A DNA stretch of 64,000 nt from the IMG/VR virus record IMGVR_UViG_3300028786_000009, positions 4,759-68,758 of that record. One strand, given 5' to 3'. A model generated the notes under the pieces. The model saw only the letters and a list, made by a program, of their open reading frames with translations, was not told the DNA's origin and did no database searches. Shown one piece after another: positions 27,369 to 37,298 of this stretch (positions within the stretch are counted from its first letter, which is position 1; each line of letters begins with the position of its first letter). The position numbers and the translations under genes are program-made. This DNA is from a virus.

Positions 27369-27632
27369 ATGGCTGTCTACGTCGTGCGCGCGACCAAGAT
27401 CCCGGGCGTGGTGCACGTCGAGATCGATGGCGGCATCCCGAAACGATATGTCGACCTGGCCGGGCCGCCGGCCGGTATCGACTGGGCCAAATTACCGCAA
27501 TCCGTGCGAGTCGCCGTGTTAGCTCACTTCGAGCGCATGCGTGCGGGCGAGGAACTCATCGCTAGGGCCGAGATTGCCCGCCTCGATATTCCCGATATTG
27601 GTGCGGCGGGCGACATGCTCGGGGATTCTTGA
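27369..27632 (+). CDS. Hypothetical protein
   Basis: 87 aa plausible globular ORF. Confidence 0.45.
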   Translation: MAVYVVRATKIPGVVHVEIDGGIPKRYVDLAGPPAGIDWAKLPQSVRVAVLAHFERMRAGEELIARAEIARLDIPDIGAAGDMLGDS

Positions 27633-27944
27633 AAAATGCAGTTACATCGATGCGGGTAATTAGTGCGCTCGGCGCCTATTGCGGTGCAACAAGTGTGAAC
27701 TACAGTACGGGCCGTGCCATCTTTTGCAACACTGCAAATCACGTGATAGACAAACCACCACGTTGTGACGCGCCAGACCCGGGGCGCGACGAGGTCGTCT
27801 ATACCCGACGACTGCGACGACGACGGTGGAGTAACCAAAACTGCGAGCCCCTGCTGATGCGCATCCCTGAGAGAGGGATCAGTGCATATCCGCGGGCGTT
27901 TCCAGCGCCCGGCTTGAGAAGTTTCACGTTCAAGGAGAAAAAGC

Positions 27945-28973
27945 ATGCCTACCGGTTATGTGTCAGATGGCACCCCAAGGGTGTTCTGGACCGAGGAAGA
28001 GAAGGCGATCATCGTTCGCGAAGCAGTCAAGCTGCTGGACGATTGCGCCGTGGACAGCGAGGTCGCAGCGGTGCGACAGGCCGCCATCAATGCGCTGCCC
28101 GTCGAGCGACAGCGCAACAAGCTGGTCGCGATCACGCAATTGGACTGGTGGCCGGAGGCGGCGCTGACGGAGCGGCGGCGCAAGCGCGACCGAGAGCGCA
28201 AGAAGCTCGAGCGCCTGAACACGAAAGAGGTGCTGATCGCCGCGGCGCAGGCCAAGCTGGACCAGGCCGAGGATGCCGCCGACGAGCCGCTGATGACGTT
28301 GCCGATGCACGTGCTCAACGAGCCCACAGGCGAGGCTGCAACCCCCGCACCCGCCACTACCCCCTTACCCACGCCCAAAATCACGCCCAGCGCCCCGGTC
28401 CTGGCGGCTGCTGCGGCTCCTGCGGCGGTATCGCCGCGCATCCCCGCACCCATCCCCGTGCCCATCCCCGTGCCCGCTGTTGCCGCTGCCGCTGCCGGCG
28501 CCGATCGGCTGGTGCTGTTGCGCGAGCTGCTGGTCGACACGCTGGCCGAGATCGTGAGCGACGCGGTCACCAAGGCACTGAGCAAGGCCATCTCAGCGAA
28601 CCTGCTGGCGCGCCCGACCGCGCCGATCGAGATCCCCCAGGCCGCCATCCCCGAGAGCGTGGTGGTGCAGTCCACGCCGCGCAGCGCGGTGCTGGTGGTG
28701 GGCCTGGGCGGCTTGCAGCACGTGGAGATCGAAAAACGCTTCCATCGCCACCTGTGCCTGCGCTTCGTCTCACCCGACGAGTCCAAGGACAAGCTGCGCG
28801 ACGAGGCAGACCGCGCCGCCACGGTGGTGGTGATGACCCAGCGCTTGACGCAGTCGCAGTGCGACATCGTCAAGGCCCGCACCAAGGACCTGATCGAGGT
28901 CCACGGTGGCGTGCATGAGCTGAACCAGCGCTTGGGCACCTTAGTCGGCTGGAACGGCGCCGCCGCGCACTGA
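27945..28973 (+). CDS. Hypothetical protein (N-terminal W-T-x-E-E helix domain, Pro/Ala linker, C-terminal alpha/beta domain)
   Basis: AAGGAG SD; 342 aa. Confidence 0.65.
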   Translation: MPTGYVSDGTPRVFWTEEEKAIIVREAVKLLDDCAVDSEVAAVRQAAINALPVERQRNKLVAITQLDWWPEAALTERRRKRDRERKKLERLNTKEVLIAAAQAKLDQAEDAADEPLMTLPMHVLNEPTGEAATPAPATTPLPTPKITPSAPVLAAAAAPAAVSPRIPAPIPVPIPVPAVAAAAAGADRLVLLRELLVDTLAEIVSDAVTKALSKAISANLLARPTAPIEIPQAAIPESVVVQSTPRSAVLVVGLGGLQHVEIEKRFHRHLCLRFVSPDESKDKLRDEADRAATVVVMTQRLTQSQCDIVKARTKDLIEVHGGVHELNQRLGTLVGWNGAAAH

Positions 28974-28977
28974 GAAG

Positions 28978-29160
28978 ATGAACTACCCAGACGAGCCGCC
29001 GCGCAGCGATGCGCAGGCGAAGCTGCTGCGTTTTCGCCAAGGCGGAGCGGTGGAGTTCCTGTTCGTGGCTGTGATGGGCGCAGGCGCGTGGCAGATTGTC
29101 AGTTGGCTGCACTTGCTGTGGCAAACGATCACCGGGCGAGGAGGAGGTGCCTGCTCATGA
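28978..29160 (+). CDS. Small membrane protein
   Basis: Single hydrophobic helix; overlaps the next gene. Confidence 0.4.
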   Translation: MNYPDEPPRSDAQAKLLRFRQGGAVEFLFVAVMGAGAWQIVSWLHLLWQTITGRGGGACS

Positions 29161-29591
29161 CGCGAAAGTCTCACATTGACCGGCGCATCCCCGCCGGGCC
29201 GAATCACCAGGTGGTGTCGGTGGTGTCGACGCCGAAGACCAAGGACGACACGTACCCGTACCGGCGCAGCCCCTGCGCCACGTGCCCCTGGCGCGTCGAC
29301 GCGGTGGGCGAGTTCCCGCCCCAAGCGTTCCTGATCTCGGCCCACATCGCCTACGACCAGGCCATGGAGACGTTCGGCTGCCACGAGTCGGGCGTCAAGC
29401 ACGCCACCACCTGCGCGGGCTTCATCCTGCGCTCGGAGCACAACCTGGCGCTGCGCATTCTGCTGGCGCGCGACAAGGTGAACCTGGACCAGATCGACGA
29501 CGGCGGCCACGAGCTGCACGCCGACTACCGCGCCATGGCCATCGCCAACGGCGTGGACCCCGACGACACGGTGCTGGTGCCCTGCCGCTGA
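29157..29591 (+). CDS. DUF6283-like Cys-rich protein
   Basis: PC..CPWR.DA.GEFP..AF...F.CH.S.....CAGF. Confidence 0.7.
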   Translation: MTRKSHIDRRIPAGPNHQVVSVVSTPKTKDDTYPYRRSPCATCPWRVDAVGEFPPQAFLISAHIAYDQAMETFGCHESGVKHATTCAGFILRSEHNLALRILLARDKVNLDQIDDGGHELHADYRAMAIANGVDPDDTVLVPCR

Positions 29592-29625
29592 CCCCCCCCG
29601 TGAACAAGTGAGGCCCGACGTGCGA

Positions 29626-29670
29626 AAATATGGCGCGTTGGCCTTACTTAATATGGCGTGATGCCATATT
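29626..29670 (+). promoter_or_regulatory. AATATGGC-N5-GCCATATT palindrome plus an extra half-site
   Basis: TAATATGGCGTGATGCCATATT (29649-29670) matches the reverse complement of 4036-4057 at 21/22 positions. Confidence 0.65.
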
Positions 29671-29713
29671 ATTGGGGTGGGGCGATCGTGCCCCGGCAAC
29701 AAGGGACAAGCGA

Positions 29714-30130
29714 ATGGATACAGCAGTGGATCGCAGCGTGGTGATCGACACGCCCGAGGGCAAGCGGGAGTTCGACATCGCCAGCGACGCGTACGAGGCG
29801 GGCAAGAGGGACGATGGCCACCCGTTCATCGCCGAGAACTACTACGTGACGATGACAAACGAGCGCGGCGAGCGCTGGGCGCACAAGCTGCGCTGGGTCG
29901 GCTGCGAGGTCGACCAGGACGAGGAGGGCTACAACTGCTTCACCGACGTGCGCGCGCACGCGCTGGAGCAGGCCGCCAAGCTGCTGGGCGCCATCGTCGA
30001 GGCCGGTGGCGCGGTGAACCTGGAGCACTGGGACCAGGCCCGCCCGGTGTACGGCTCCGACGCCTACGTGGAGTACGGTCAGTACGACGACTGGGTGCTC
30101 GAGCGCAAGGAAGCGGGAGTCGCCCTGTGA
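29714..30130 (+). CDS. Hypothetical acidic protein
   Basis: MDTAVDRS...P.YGS.AY. Confidence 0.65.
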   Translation: MDTAVDRSVVIDTPEGKREFDIASDAYEAGKRDDGHPFIAENYYVTMTNERGERWAHKLRWVGCEVDQDEEGYNCFTDVRAHALEQAAKLLGAIVEAGGAVNLEHWDQARPVYGSDAYVEYGQYDDWVLERKEAGVAL

Positions 30131-30357
30131 GCACCACCACCCGCCAGTTCGCTGCGATCGTGCGCCGCCGCACGTCGACGTTCCCGTGCCGCATGGGCGT
30201 GTACTTCGACTGCACCGCGCACGGCGGGGGCTACTACCGCGCCGTCGGCGTGCCCGGTGCGATCGTGATCAACAGCACCACGGGCACGATGCTCGACCTG
30301 CGCTCGGGCGAGATCTACCACGACGCGCGCTTCGAGGCCGCCAAGGAGGCCGCATGA
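30127..30357 (+). CDS. Hypothetical protein
   Basis: GTGA-coupled. Confidence 0.5.
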   Translation: MSTTTRQFAAIVRRRTSTFPCRMGVYFDCTAHGGGYYRAVGVPGAIVINSTTGTMLDLRSGEIYHDARFEAAKEAA

Positions 30358-30452
30358 AAAAGATCACCGAGGCGCGCTGGTATCCCTTCGTGGTCACGGC
30401 CCTGGCGTTCGCGGCCGGCGCCGTGTTCGCCCTGTACCTGGGGGTCGCATGA
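30354..30452 (+). CDS. Small single-TM peptide (32 aa)
   Basis: AAGGAGG SD; MKKITEARWYPFVVTALAF... Confidence 0.5.
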   Translation: MKKITEARWYPFVVTALAFAAGAVFALYLGVA

Positions 30453-30673
30453 ACGACACCACCACCATCGACACCGGCGCTGAGCTGCGCGCCATCGTCA
30501 GCGAGATCGAGAGCGCGTACCTGCACCTCACGCGCATGGCGCTGGCGCTGTCGGACGCGTGGGGCGCCAACACGCGCGGGTTCGGCAACGCCGAGCACGC
30601 GTTCGACATCGCGGTGCGCCGCTACAGCGCTGCCGTGCTGGCGCAGCGCGCCTTCTTCGGCAGGCAGACATGA
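30449..30673 (+). CDS. Hypothetical protein
   Basis: Coupled. Confidence 0.5.
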   Translation: MNDTTTIDTGAELRAIVSEIESAYLHLTRMALALSDAWGANTRGFGNAEHAFDIAVRRYSAAVLAQRAFFGRQT

Positions 30674-30879
30674 CCCAGGCGCTGAGCCTGGCCGAACACA
30701 AGACCACCAAGGAGATCGACAAGATGGACGCTGAAATCGACAAGCTGCGCGCCGAGACGCGCAAGGTGCTGCGCGAGACGGTGGTGATCCCGTTCCTGGC
30801 CGGCGCTGCCGTGATGGGTGGGCTCACCGCGCTGGTGGGCGCCATCGCCGCGATCGTCGTCAAGCTGTGGGTGGCGTGA
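30670..30879 (+). CDS. Coiled-coil protein with C-terminal TM helix
   Basis: AEIDKLRAETRK followed by a hydrophobic tail. Confidence 0.55.
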   Translation: MTQALSLAEHKTTKEIDKMDAEIDKLRAETRKVLRETVVIPFLAGAAVMGGLTALVGAIAAIVVKLWVA

Positions 30880-31094
30880 TGGCCATGTCACGCACCGCCA
30901 ACGTCGAACGCGCCATCAAGGCGTGCCACAAGGGGATGGGGCCGGCCGAGGCCGCACGCAAGTTCGCAGTCGACCTGCGCAACCTGCAACGCGCGCTGCG
31001 CGCCGAGGGCGTGGCCGCTCGACCCGTGGGCCGCCCACGCAAGCAACACCTCGAAACACACCCCCCGGTAGACGAGGCAGTTGCGGACTTCTGA
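30879..31094 (+). CDS. Small HTH protein with AT-hook-like GRPRK
   Basis: GMGPAEAARKFAVD...L.RAL...VGRPRK. Confidence 0.55.
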   Translation: MAMSRTANVERAIKACHKGMGPAEAARKFAVDLRNLQRALRAEGVAARPVGRPRKQHLETHPPVDEAVADF

Positions 31095-31111
31095 GCGCAC
31101 CACCGCGTGTC

Positions 31112-31240
31112 ATGATTCGCCTGTGCTGACGCCGGTCGGCGCATTTCCTCCTTGAATCGCGGCTGTCTCCTCCTCACTCCCTAGCCGCCGGGGTTTTACG
31201 GGGCCAGACGTTCCTCCCTTCGTCTGGCCCCGCTTATTTC
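31112..31240 (+). ncRNA. Candidate sRNA with CCUCC anti-SD loops
   Basis: Hairpins GCGGCT-[GTCTCCTCCTCACTCCCT]-AGCCGC and GGGGCCAGACG-[TTCCTCCCTT]-CGTCTGGCCCC. Confidence 0.4.
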
Positions 31241-31279
31241 ACAGCTTCATAAGCGGGCTTTCGCATATCTTGCGCGCCC

Positions 31280-32044
31280 ATGAACGCGCGCGCGACCAAA
31301 CCGCCCAAGCCTGAGCCCAAGCTGCCCAAGGAGCCAGCCAGCAAGCTCTTGCCGCCTGACTGGGCAGGCATGGAGCTGGCGTGGCGCACAGGCATTCGCT
31401 CGGTGCGCTCCATCGCCATGGAGTTCGGTGTCAGCGGCGCAGCAGTGCACCAGCACTTCACCAAGCTGGGCATTCCCAGGGACCTGAGAGCACGCATTCA
31501 GGCCAAGGCGCAGGAGAAACTTAACAGGGCAGCGTTAACCCCGAAGGCGGACGTTAAGGCCCCTCCTGCGACCGAAGCGGCGATCGTGGAGGTCAATGCG
31601 CAGGTGCTGGCGCACGTCCAGACAGCGCACCGAAAGCACATCGGGCGTGCTCGCGAGCTGGCCTTCACGATGCTGGCCGAGCTGGAGGAAGTCACCGGCG
31701 CCAAGCCGATCCTCGAGCGCATCAGCTCGGAGATGCGCTCGCTCGACGAGGGCGAGATGCGCAGCGCACTGCAAGAGCTGGCGATGCTGGTGCGCAACCT
31801 GCCGAGCCGAGTCAAGGTGATGCGCGACCTGGCCGAGACGCTGCGCACGCTGGTGGGCATGGAGCGCGAGGCGTTCGGGCTGAACACCACCGCGGGCAGC
31901 GACGGCCGCCCGCTGGTGATCATTCGCGACTTCACCGGCCGCGGCGATCCCGACGCGCCGCGCCGCAACGCGCCGCCTGCCGAGGAGGCCACCGTGGTGC
32001 CGTGGGTGTCGCTGGTGGGCGATGGCGAGGGCGAGGCGGCGTGA
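31280..32044 (+). CDS. Terminase small subunit (putative)
   Basis: N-terminal HTH (DW..E...R.G..S.R.IA...GVS), ER.AFGL; upstream of TerL. Confidence 0.75.
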   Translation: MNARATKPPKPEPKLPKEPASKLLPPDWAGMELAWRTGIRSVRSIAMEFGVSGAAVHQHFTKLGIPRDLRARIQAKAQEKLNRAALTPKADVKAPPATEAAIVEVNAQVLAHVQTAHRKHIGRARELAFTMLAELEEVTGAKPILERISSEMRSLDEGEMRSALQELAMLVRNLPSRVKVMRDLAETLRTLVGMEREAFGLNTTAGSDGRPLVIIRDFTGRGDPDAPRRNAPPAEEATVVPWVSLVGDGEGEAA

Positions 32045-32397
32045 ACATGAAGCTGCGCGCTCTCGACCCCGAGCTGCTGCGCTACGAGGCGCGTGCGGGC
32101 TACATGGCGATGCCGCACGCCGACAGCCTGGAGCAAGCGCAGGGCCTGATGTTCCTGTGCCCGAAGTGCTTCGTGGCCAACGAGGGCCGCGTGGGCACGC
32201 ACCGCGTGATCTGCTGGTCACGCTCGCGCGGGGTGCCCGACGACGCGCTGCCAGGCCCGGGGCGCTGGCGCCTGCTGGGCACGAGCTTCGACGACCTGAC
32301 GCTCGAAGGCGAGAACGGCGGGGCACGCTCGGTGCTGCTCACCGGTGGGTGCCAGTGGCACGGCTTCATCACCGACGGCGAGGTGACGCAGTCATGA
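32041..32397 (+). CDS. DUF6527-like protein
   Basis: LMFLCPKC...W...G....LTL...SV.....C.WHGFITDG. Confidence 0.6.
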   Translation: MNMKLRALDPELLRYEARAGYMAMPHADSLEQAQGLMFLCPKCFVANEGRVGTHRVICWSRSRGVPDDALPGPGRWRLLGTSFDDLTLEGENGGARSVLLTGGCQWHGFITDGEVTQS

Positions 32398-33911
32398 CGA
32401 CGATGTCTGGCGCCCTGCTCGACGCTGGCAACCAGCGCATCGAGTTCAGCTACAAGCCGCAGGGGCCGATCGCCGACGCCTACATCCGAGACCGCAGCCA
32501 GCGCGCGTTCATCATGGGACCGCTGGGCTCGGGCAAGACCAACGCCTCATGCTGGAAGGCGTTTCGGTGCATGTGCGATCAGAAGCCCGACTTCAACGGC
32601 ATCCGGCGCACGCGCATCGCCGCCATCCGCAACACCTACAGCGACCTGCTCTCCACGACCGCCAAGGACTGGCTCGAGATGTTCGAGCCGCTCGGGCACT
32701 GGAGCAGCGGCGGACGCGAGCCCCCGCAGCACACGCTGGACTTCATGCTGCCGCCTGAGCGGCCGGGCGACGCGCCCACGCGGGTGCAGGCCGAGCTGGT
32801 GTTCCTGGCGCTCGACCGCGAGGAGCACGTGCGCAAGCTGCGCGGCATGCAGCTCACCGCGGCGATGCTGAGCGAAGCCAAGGAGCTGCCGTTCGCGGTG
32901 CTCCAGATGTGCGACCTGCGCGTGGGCCGCTACCCGATGGGCGAGGTGCAGGCGACCTGGTACGGCATGTTCGGCGACACCAACGCGCCCGACACCGACC
33001 ATTGGTACTACCGCATGGCCGAGGAAAAGCGGCCCGAGGGCTGGCTGTTCTACCGCCAGCCCGGCGGGGTGATGCGCGACACGCGCGACAGCCCCTGGCG
33101 CACCAACCCCGAGGCCGAGAACCTGCGCAACCTGCCGCGCGACTACTACACCAAGGGCGCGCAGGGCAAGGACGAGGGCTGGATTCTGGTCAACCTGGCC
33201 AACGAGTACGGGTTCGTGGCCGACGGCAAGGCGGTGTACCCGGACTATCGCGACAGCACGATGTGCCACGAGTTCGAGCTGGTGCGCGAGCTGGGGATCT
33301 ACGCCGGCATGGACTTCGGGCTGACCCCGGCGCTGCTGGTGGGCCAGCAGACCCTGGCGGGCCAGTGGCGCATCCGCCACGAGCTGGTGACCGAGAACAC
33401 CGGCATCCTGCGCTTCGCCGACGAGGTGAACCTGTTCATGCAGCGCCACTACCTGGGCTGGCCGCTGCTGGGGATCTACGGCGATCCGGCGGGCGACCAG
33501 CGCCAGGCCGGCGATGTGGAGGAGCGCACCGCCTTCCAGCTCCTGGCGCACAAGAACATCAAGGCCAGCCCGGCACCGGGCAACAACGACTTCGTGCTGC
33601 GCTCCGAGGCGTTCAGCGCGCCCATGCGCAGGTACATCGACGGCGAGCCCGGGCTGCTGATCCACCCCGATTGCCGCGTCACGCGCAAGGGCCTGCAAGG
33701 CGGCTACGCCTACAAGCGCGTCAAGGTGGCCGGCGATGAGCGCTACCGCGACCTGCCCGACAAGAACAAGTACAGCCACCCGTGCGAGGCGGGCCAGTAC
33801 ATGCTGCTCGGAGCGGGCGAGGGCGCCTACGTGATGTCGAGCACGCAGTCCGACCGGGCCATGGATGTGGTGGGCTTTCGCCAGCGCATGGGCTACGAGG
33901 CCGCAGCGTGA
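32394..33911 (+). CDS. Terminase large subunit
   Basis: GPLGSGKT Walker A, IRNTY, LSEAKE, DTNAP, GMDFGLTPA, GDPAG, SH.CEA.QY. Confidence 0.93.
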   Translation: MTTMSGALLDAGNQRIEFSYKPQGPIADAYIRDRSQRAFIMGPLGSGKTNASCWKAFRCMCDQKPDFNGIRRTRIAAIRNTYSDLLSTTAKDWLEMFEPLGHWSSGGREPPQHTLDFMLPPERPGDAPTRVQAELVFLALDREEHVRKLRGMQLTAAMLSEAKELPFAVLQMCDLRVGRYPMGEVQATWYGMFGDTNAPDTDHWYYRMAEEKRPEGWLFYRQPGGVMRDTRDSPWRTNPEAENLRNLPRDYYTKGAQGKDEGWILVNLANEYGFVADGKAVYPDYRDSTMCHEFELVRELGIYAGMDFGLTPALLVGQQTLAGQWRIRHELVTENTGILRFADEVNLFMQRHYLGWPLLGIYGDPAGDQRQAGDVEERTAFQLLAHKNIKASPAPGNNDFVLRSEAFSAPMRRYIDGEPGLLIHPDCRVTRKGLQGGYAYKRVKVAGDERYRDLPDKNKYSHPCEAGQYMLLGAGEGAYVMSSTQSDRAMDVVGFRQRMGYEAAA

Positions 33912-34516
33912 GCACCAACGTCGTCGCGCTGCACCCGGGCTGCTTCGGCACCCGCAGCTACGTCGGCAGCGTGCCGGTGCTGCTCACCGAGTGGGACCGC
34001 GAGCGCGCCGAGCGCTGGCAGCAAGAGATCGACGCCACCGCCATGAACCAGCGCCCGAGCGCCACCGGGATCTATCACGAGGGCCGCTACCGCATCGGCT
34101 GGCTCGGCGAGCTGGCATTCTTGCGCTGGGCGCGCTCGTTCGGCGCAGTGTGCCATCACAGCGTGGCCACCGACGGCAAGCCAGGCCATGAACCCGAGTT
34201 CAGGGTCAGGCGCAACGGGCGCACCCTGCTGCTGGACGTGAAGACGCGCACGAGCATGCCCGATGCACTGGCGGTGCACGAGCGCGAGAAGCTCGACGCC
34301 GACGTGTTCGTGCTGGCCCACATCTGGGACCGCAGCAACCGCCTGGTGGAGCTGGTGGGCTGGGCCTACCGCGACGAGCTGGCGAGCACGCCGATCACGC
34401 CCATCCCCGACTTCAAGAACAAGCCAGGGCACTCGCTGTCGCGCCATGCGCTGCGCGACATGCGCGTGCTGATGCTCGGGCTGGACCCGGACGACAACCC
34501 GTTCGACGAGACGTGA
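33908..34516 (+). CDS. PD-(D/E)XK-like nuclease-fold protein
   Basis: G.LGE.AF...EF......DVKT pattern. Confidence 0.5.
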   Translation: MSTNVVALHPGCFGTRSYVGSVPVLLTEWDRERAERWQQEIDATAMNQRPSATGIYHEGRYRIGWLGELAFLRWARSFGAVCHHSVATDGKPGHEPEFRVRRNGRTLLLDVKTRTSMPDALAVHEREKLDADVFVLAHIWDRSNRLVELVGWAYRDELASTPITPIPDFKNKPGHSLSRHALRDMRVLMLGLDPDDNPFDET

Positions 34517-36786
34517 AGGAGAACGACATGGGACCCATGCAGCAGCCCCCCGTCAGCGCGCAGCAGATGGCGCTGCCCCCGCAGTTGGCCGCGGGCTCCA
34601 CGATGCGACCGCAGACCCCGCCGCCCGAGCAGCAGCAGCCCCCGCAGTTCCAGCCCGAGCTGAACCCGCGCGTGCTCGGGCGCCCGCCGCTCACGCCGAT
34701 CGCCGACGACACGCCCGACCGGCACAGCATCTACGACGAGGCCAAGGACGGCTTCAACCTCACGCGGCTGTGCTCGCTGGTGGCCGACTGCGAGGATCAG
34801 CCCGACTGGCGCCGCCGCTCGACGCTGGCCGCCGCCTACGTCGACGGCAAGCAGTTCACGCCCGAGCAGGAGAGCGCGGCGCGCGCGGAAGGGCTGGGCG
34901 ATGTGCGCCCGATCAACCTCATCGGGCGGGTGATCCGCTCGGTGTGCGGTCAGGAGGCCAAGGCACGCACCGACGTGAAGATCGAGGCCGACGACGACGA
35001 GGTGGCCGACGTGTGCGACGTGCTCAACGCGCGGCTGAAAGAGGCGCAGCGCGAGACGTACGCCGACATGGCGGTGAGCCAGGCCTACTTCGGCCAGGTG
35101 GGGCCGGGCATCGGCTGGGTCGAGGTGGCGCGCAATGCCGACCCGCTGGACTACCCGTACCGCGTGGCCGAGGTGCACCGCGACGAGATGTGGTGGGACT
35201 GGCACGACCCGGACCTGATGATCCGCGGCGCGCGCTGGGTGGCCAGGAAGCGCTGGCAGGACCTGGACGAGCTGGAGGCGGCGATGCCGCAGTTCCGCCG
35301 GCTGCTGCGCCAGGTGAGCAACGGCTGGAGCGGCTTCACGTGGGACAACACCATCGACGAGGCGATGATCCAGCACTGGCAGGACGATCACCGCTTCAAC
35401 GTCTACCAGCGCCGCTCGGAGTGGTACGACGGGGCGCGCAAGCGCATCAAGCTGTATGAGATCTGGTACAAGGTGCCGGCCATGGGCGTGGTGATGTTCC
35501 TCTCGCCCACGCGCCGGGTGCTGTTCAACCAGGCCAACCCGGCGCACGTGCAGGCGGTGGCCACCAACCAGGTGCGGGTGCAGCGCTGTCTCACGCGCCA
35601 GGTGCGCTGTGCGCTGTTCGCCGGCCCCCACCGGCTGCTGGACCACGGCACGACGCGGCGCAACTTCCCCTACGTGCCGTTCTTCGCCTACCGCGACGAC
35701 GAGGACCTGAGCCCCTACGGTCTGGTCGAGGGCATGATCGCGCCGCAGGACGGCTACAACCGCCGGCGGCTGCGCATCGAGTGGATGCTCAAGGCGCGCC
35801 AGATCTACGTCGACAACGACGCGCTGGACACCAAGGCGAACACGCTGGCCGAGATCGCCGACCGGGTGATGCGCCCCGACCTGGTGGTGGTGCTGGATGC
35901 GAACCGCAAGCACGGCGACGGCATCAGGGTCACCAGCGACTTGCAGCTCCAGAAGGAGCAGATCGCGGTGATGGGCGACGACAAGCAGCTCATCCAGGAC
36001 GTGCCGGGCGTGTACGGCTCGCAGCTCGGCCAGGCCCAGACCGGAGTCACCAGCGGCATCGCCAACAGCTTGCTCATCGAGCAGGGCGCGGTGGCCATGA
36101 ACGACCTGAACGACAACTACCGGCACTCGCGCCGCATGGTCTACGAGAACCTGGTGGACCTGATCGTGCAGGATCACATGGTGCCCAACCTGCCGGTCAA
36201 GCTCGGCCGCGGCAGCTCGCGCCGCGTGGTGGTGCTCAACGCGTGGGACCCGCAGCAGCAGGCCCTGATCAACAACGTCGAGGATGCGCCGGTGCGCGTG
36301 GGCCTGGGCGAGGTGCCGGCCACGCCCGCGTTCCGCATGCAGCAGCAGCAGCAGATTGCCCAGATCGTGCAGGCGCTGGCGCAGACCAGCCCGCAGGCCG
36401 CCGCGGTGCTCGCGCCGAGCTTCATCGAAGCCACCGACCTGCCCGATCGCATGGAGCGCGCCGACGACGTGCGCCGGGTGCTGGGTCTGCCGACGGCGGG
36501 CGACCGCCAGGCCGCGCAAGCCGCGCAGCAGCAGCAGGCCGAGCAGCAGCAAAAGCAGGCTGCGATGGCCGAGGCCGCCGGCCAGCTCGCCATGGAGAAG
36601 GAGGCCGCCGAGGTCGACGAGACCAAGAGCAAGACCGCGCTGAACAAGGCCAAGGTGGTCGAGCTGGGCCACGGGCTGGCGATGGCGTCGATGCAGCAAG
36701 CGCACGCCGAGCAGCCCGAGCCGGCGGACCCCGACGCCCAGCAGCAGCGGCTGATCCAGGAGGCCCTGGCCGAGGCGATGCAATGA
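34513..36786 (+). CDS. Portal protein (P22-like)
   Basis: 757 aa after TerL; Y.DG.Q, N.I...I..V.G.E, G.GW.EV, FPYVPF, PYG.V..M..PQD.YN. Confidence 0.88.
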   Translation: MKENDMGPMQQPPVSAQQMALPPQLAAGSTMRPQTPPPEQQQPPQFQPELNPRVLGRPPLTPIADDTPDRHSIYDEAKDGFNLTRLCSLVADCEDQPDWRRRSTLAAAYVDGKQFTPEQESAARAEGLGDVRPINLIGRVIRSVCGQEAKARTDVKIEADDDEVADVCDVLNARLKEAQRETYADMAVSQAYFGQVGPGIGWVEVARNADPLDYPYRVAEVHRDEMWWDWHDPDLMIRGARWVARKRWQDLDELEAAMPQFRRLLRQVSNGWSGFTWDNTIDEAMIQHWQDDHRFNVYQRRSEWYDGARKRIKLYEIWYKVPAMGVVMFLSPTRRVLFNQANPAHVQAVATNQVRVQRCLTRQVRCALFAGPHRLLDHGTTRRNFPYVPFFAYRDDEDLSPYGLVEGMIAPQDGYNRRRLRIEWMLKARQIYVDNDALDTKANTLAEIADRVMRPDLVVVLDANRKHGDGIRVTSDLQLQKEQIAVMGDDKQLIQDVPGVYGSQLGQAQTGVTSGIANSLLIEQGAVAMNDLNDNYRHSRRMVYENLVDLIVQDHMVPNLPVKLGRGSSRRVVVLNAWDPQQQALINNVEDAPVRVGLGEVPATPAFRMQQQQQIAQIVQALAQTSPQAAAVLAPSFIEATDLPDRMERADDVRRVLGLPTAGDRQAAQAAQQQQAEQQQKQAAMAEAAGQLAMEKEAAEVDETKSKTALNKAKVVELGHGLAMASMQQAHAEQPEPADPDAQQQRLIQEALAEAMQ

Positions 36787-37046
36787 ACAGCGCCGACATG
36801 CGCATGGTGCGCGCCCGAGCTGCCGGCGCCGACGTGCGCCCCTCGCCGTACGACCAGGTAGGCTTTCGCACCAATCAGCTCAAGGCGTTCGCCAACAGCG
36901 TGCGTGCCGGGCTCGGCGAGCGGGCCATGGGCCACGCGCGCAACGCCGGGGCCAGCGTGGTGCAGGTGCCCTACGACCGCGTCACGTTCACGCACGCCCA
37001 GTTCGCGCGGTTCTGCCTGCTGCTGGGCATCAAGGAGACGGCATGA
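36783..37046 (+). CDS. Hypothetical protein
   Basis: ATGA-coupled. Confidence 0.5.
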   Translation: MNSADMRMVRARAAGADVRPSPYDQVGFRTNQLKAFANSVRAGLGERAMGHARNAGASVVQVPYDRVTFTHAQFARFCLLLGIKETA

Positions 37047-37288
37047 CCGAGGCGCTGACGATCGAGCGCATCGTCGAGATCGCGCAGCAGCTCGGGGCGA
37101 TCGTGGAACCGCCGCCGCGCGTGCGCATGACGCTCGAGACGATGCACGACGTGACGCGCTACGTGGGCTCGTCCATCAACGGCGCGCAGTGCTCCAAGCT
37201 GATCCGCCGCATCGGCGCCATCCGCGAGGGCGAGCACATCGTGCTCACGCGCGAGCAGCTCCAGCGCTTCATCCAAGCCATCTTGTAG
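37043..37288 (+). CDS. Hypothetical protein
   Basis: AAGGAG SD. Confidence 0.55.
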   Translation: MTEALTIERIVEIAQQLGAIVEPPPRVRMTLETMHDVTRYVGSSINGAQCSKLIRRIGAIREGEHIVLTREQLQRFIQAIL

Positions 37289-37298
37289 GAGCCAGGCC

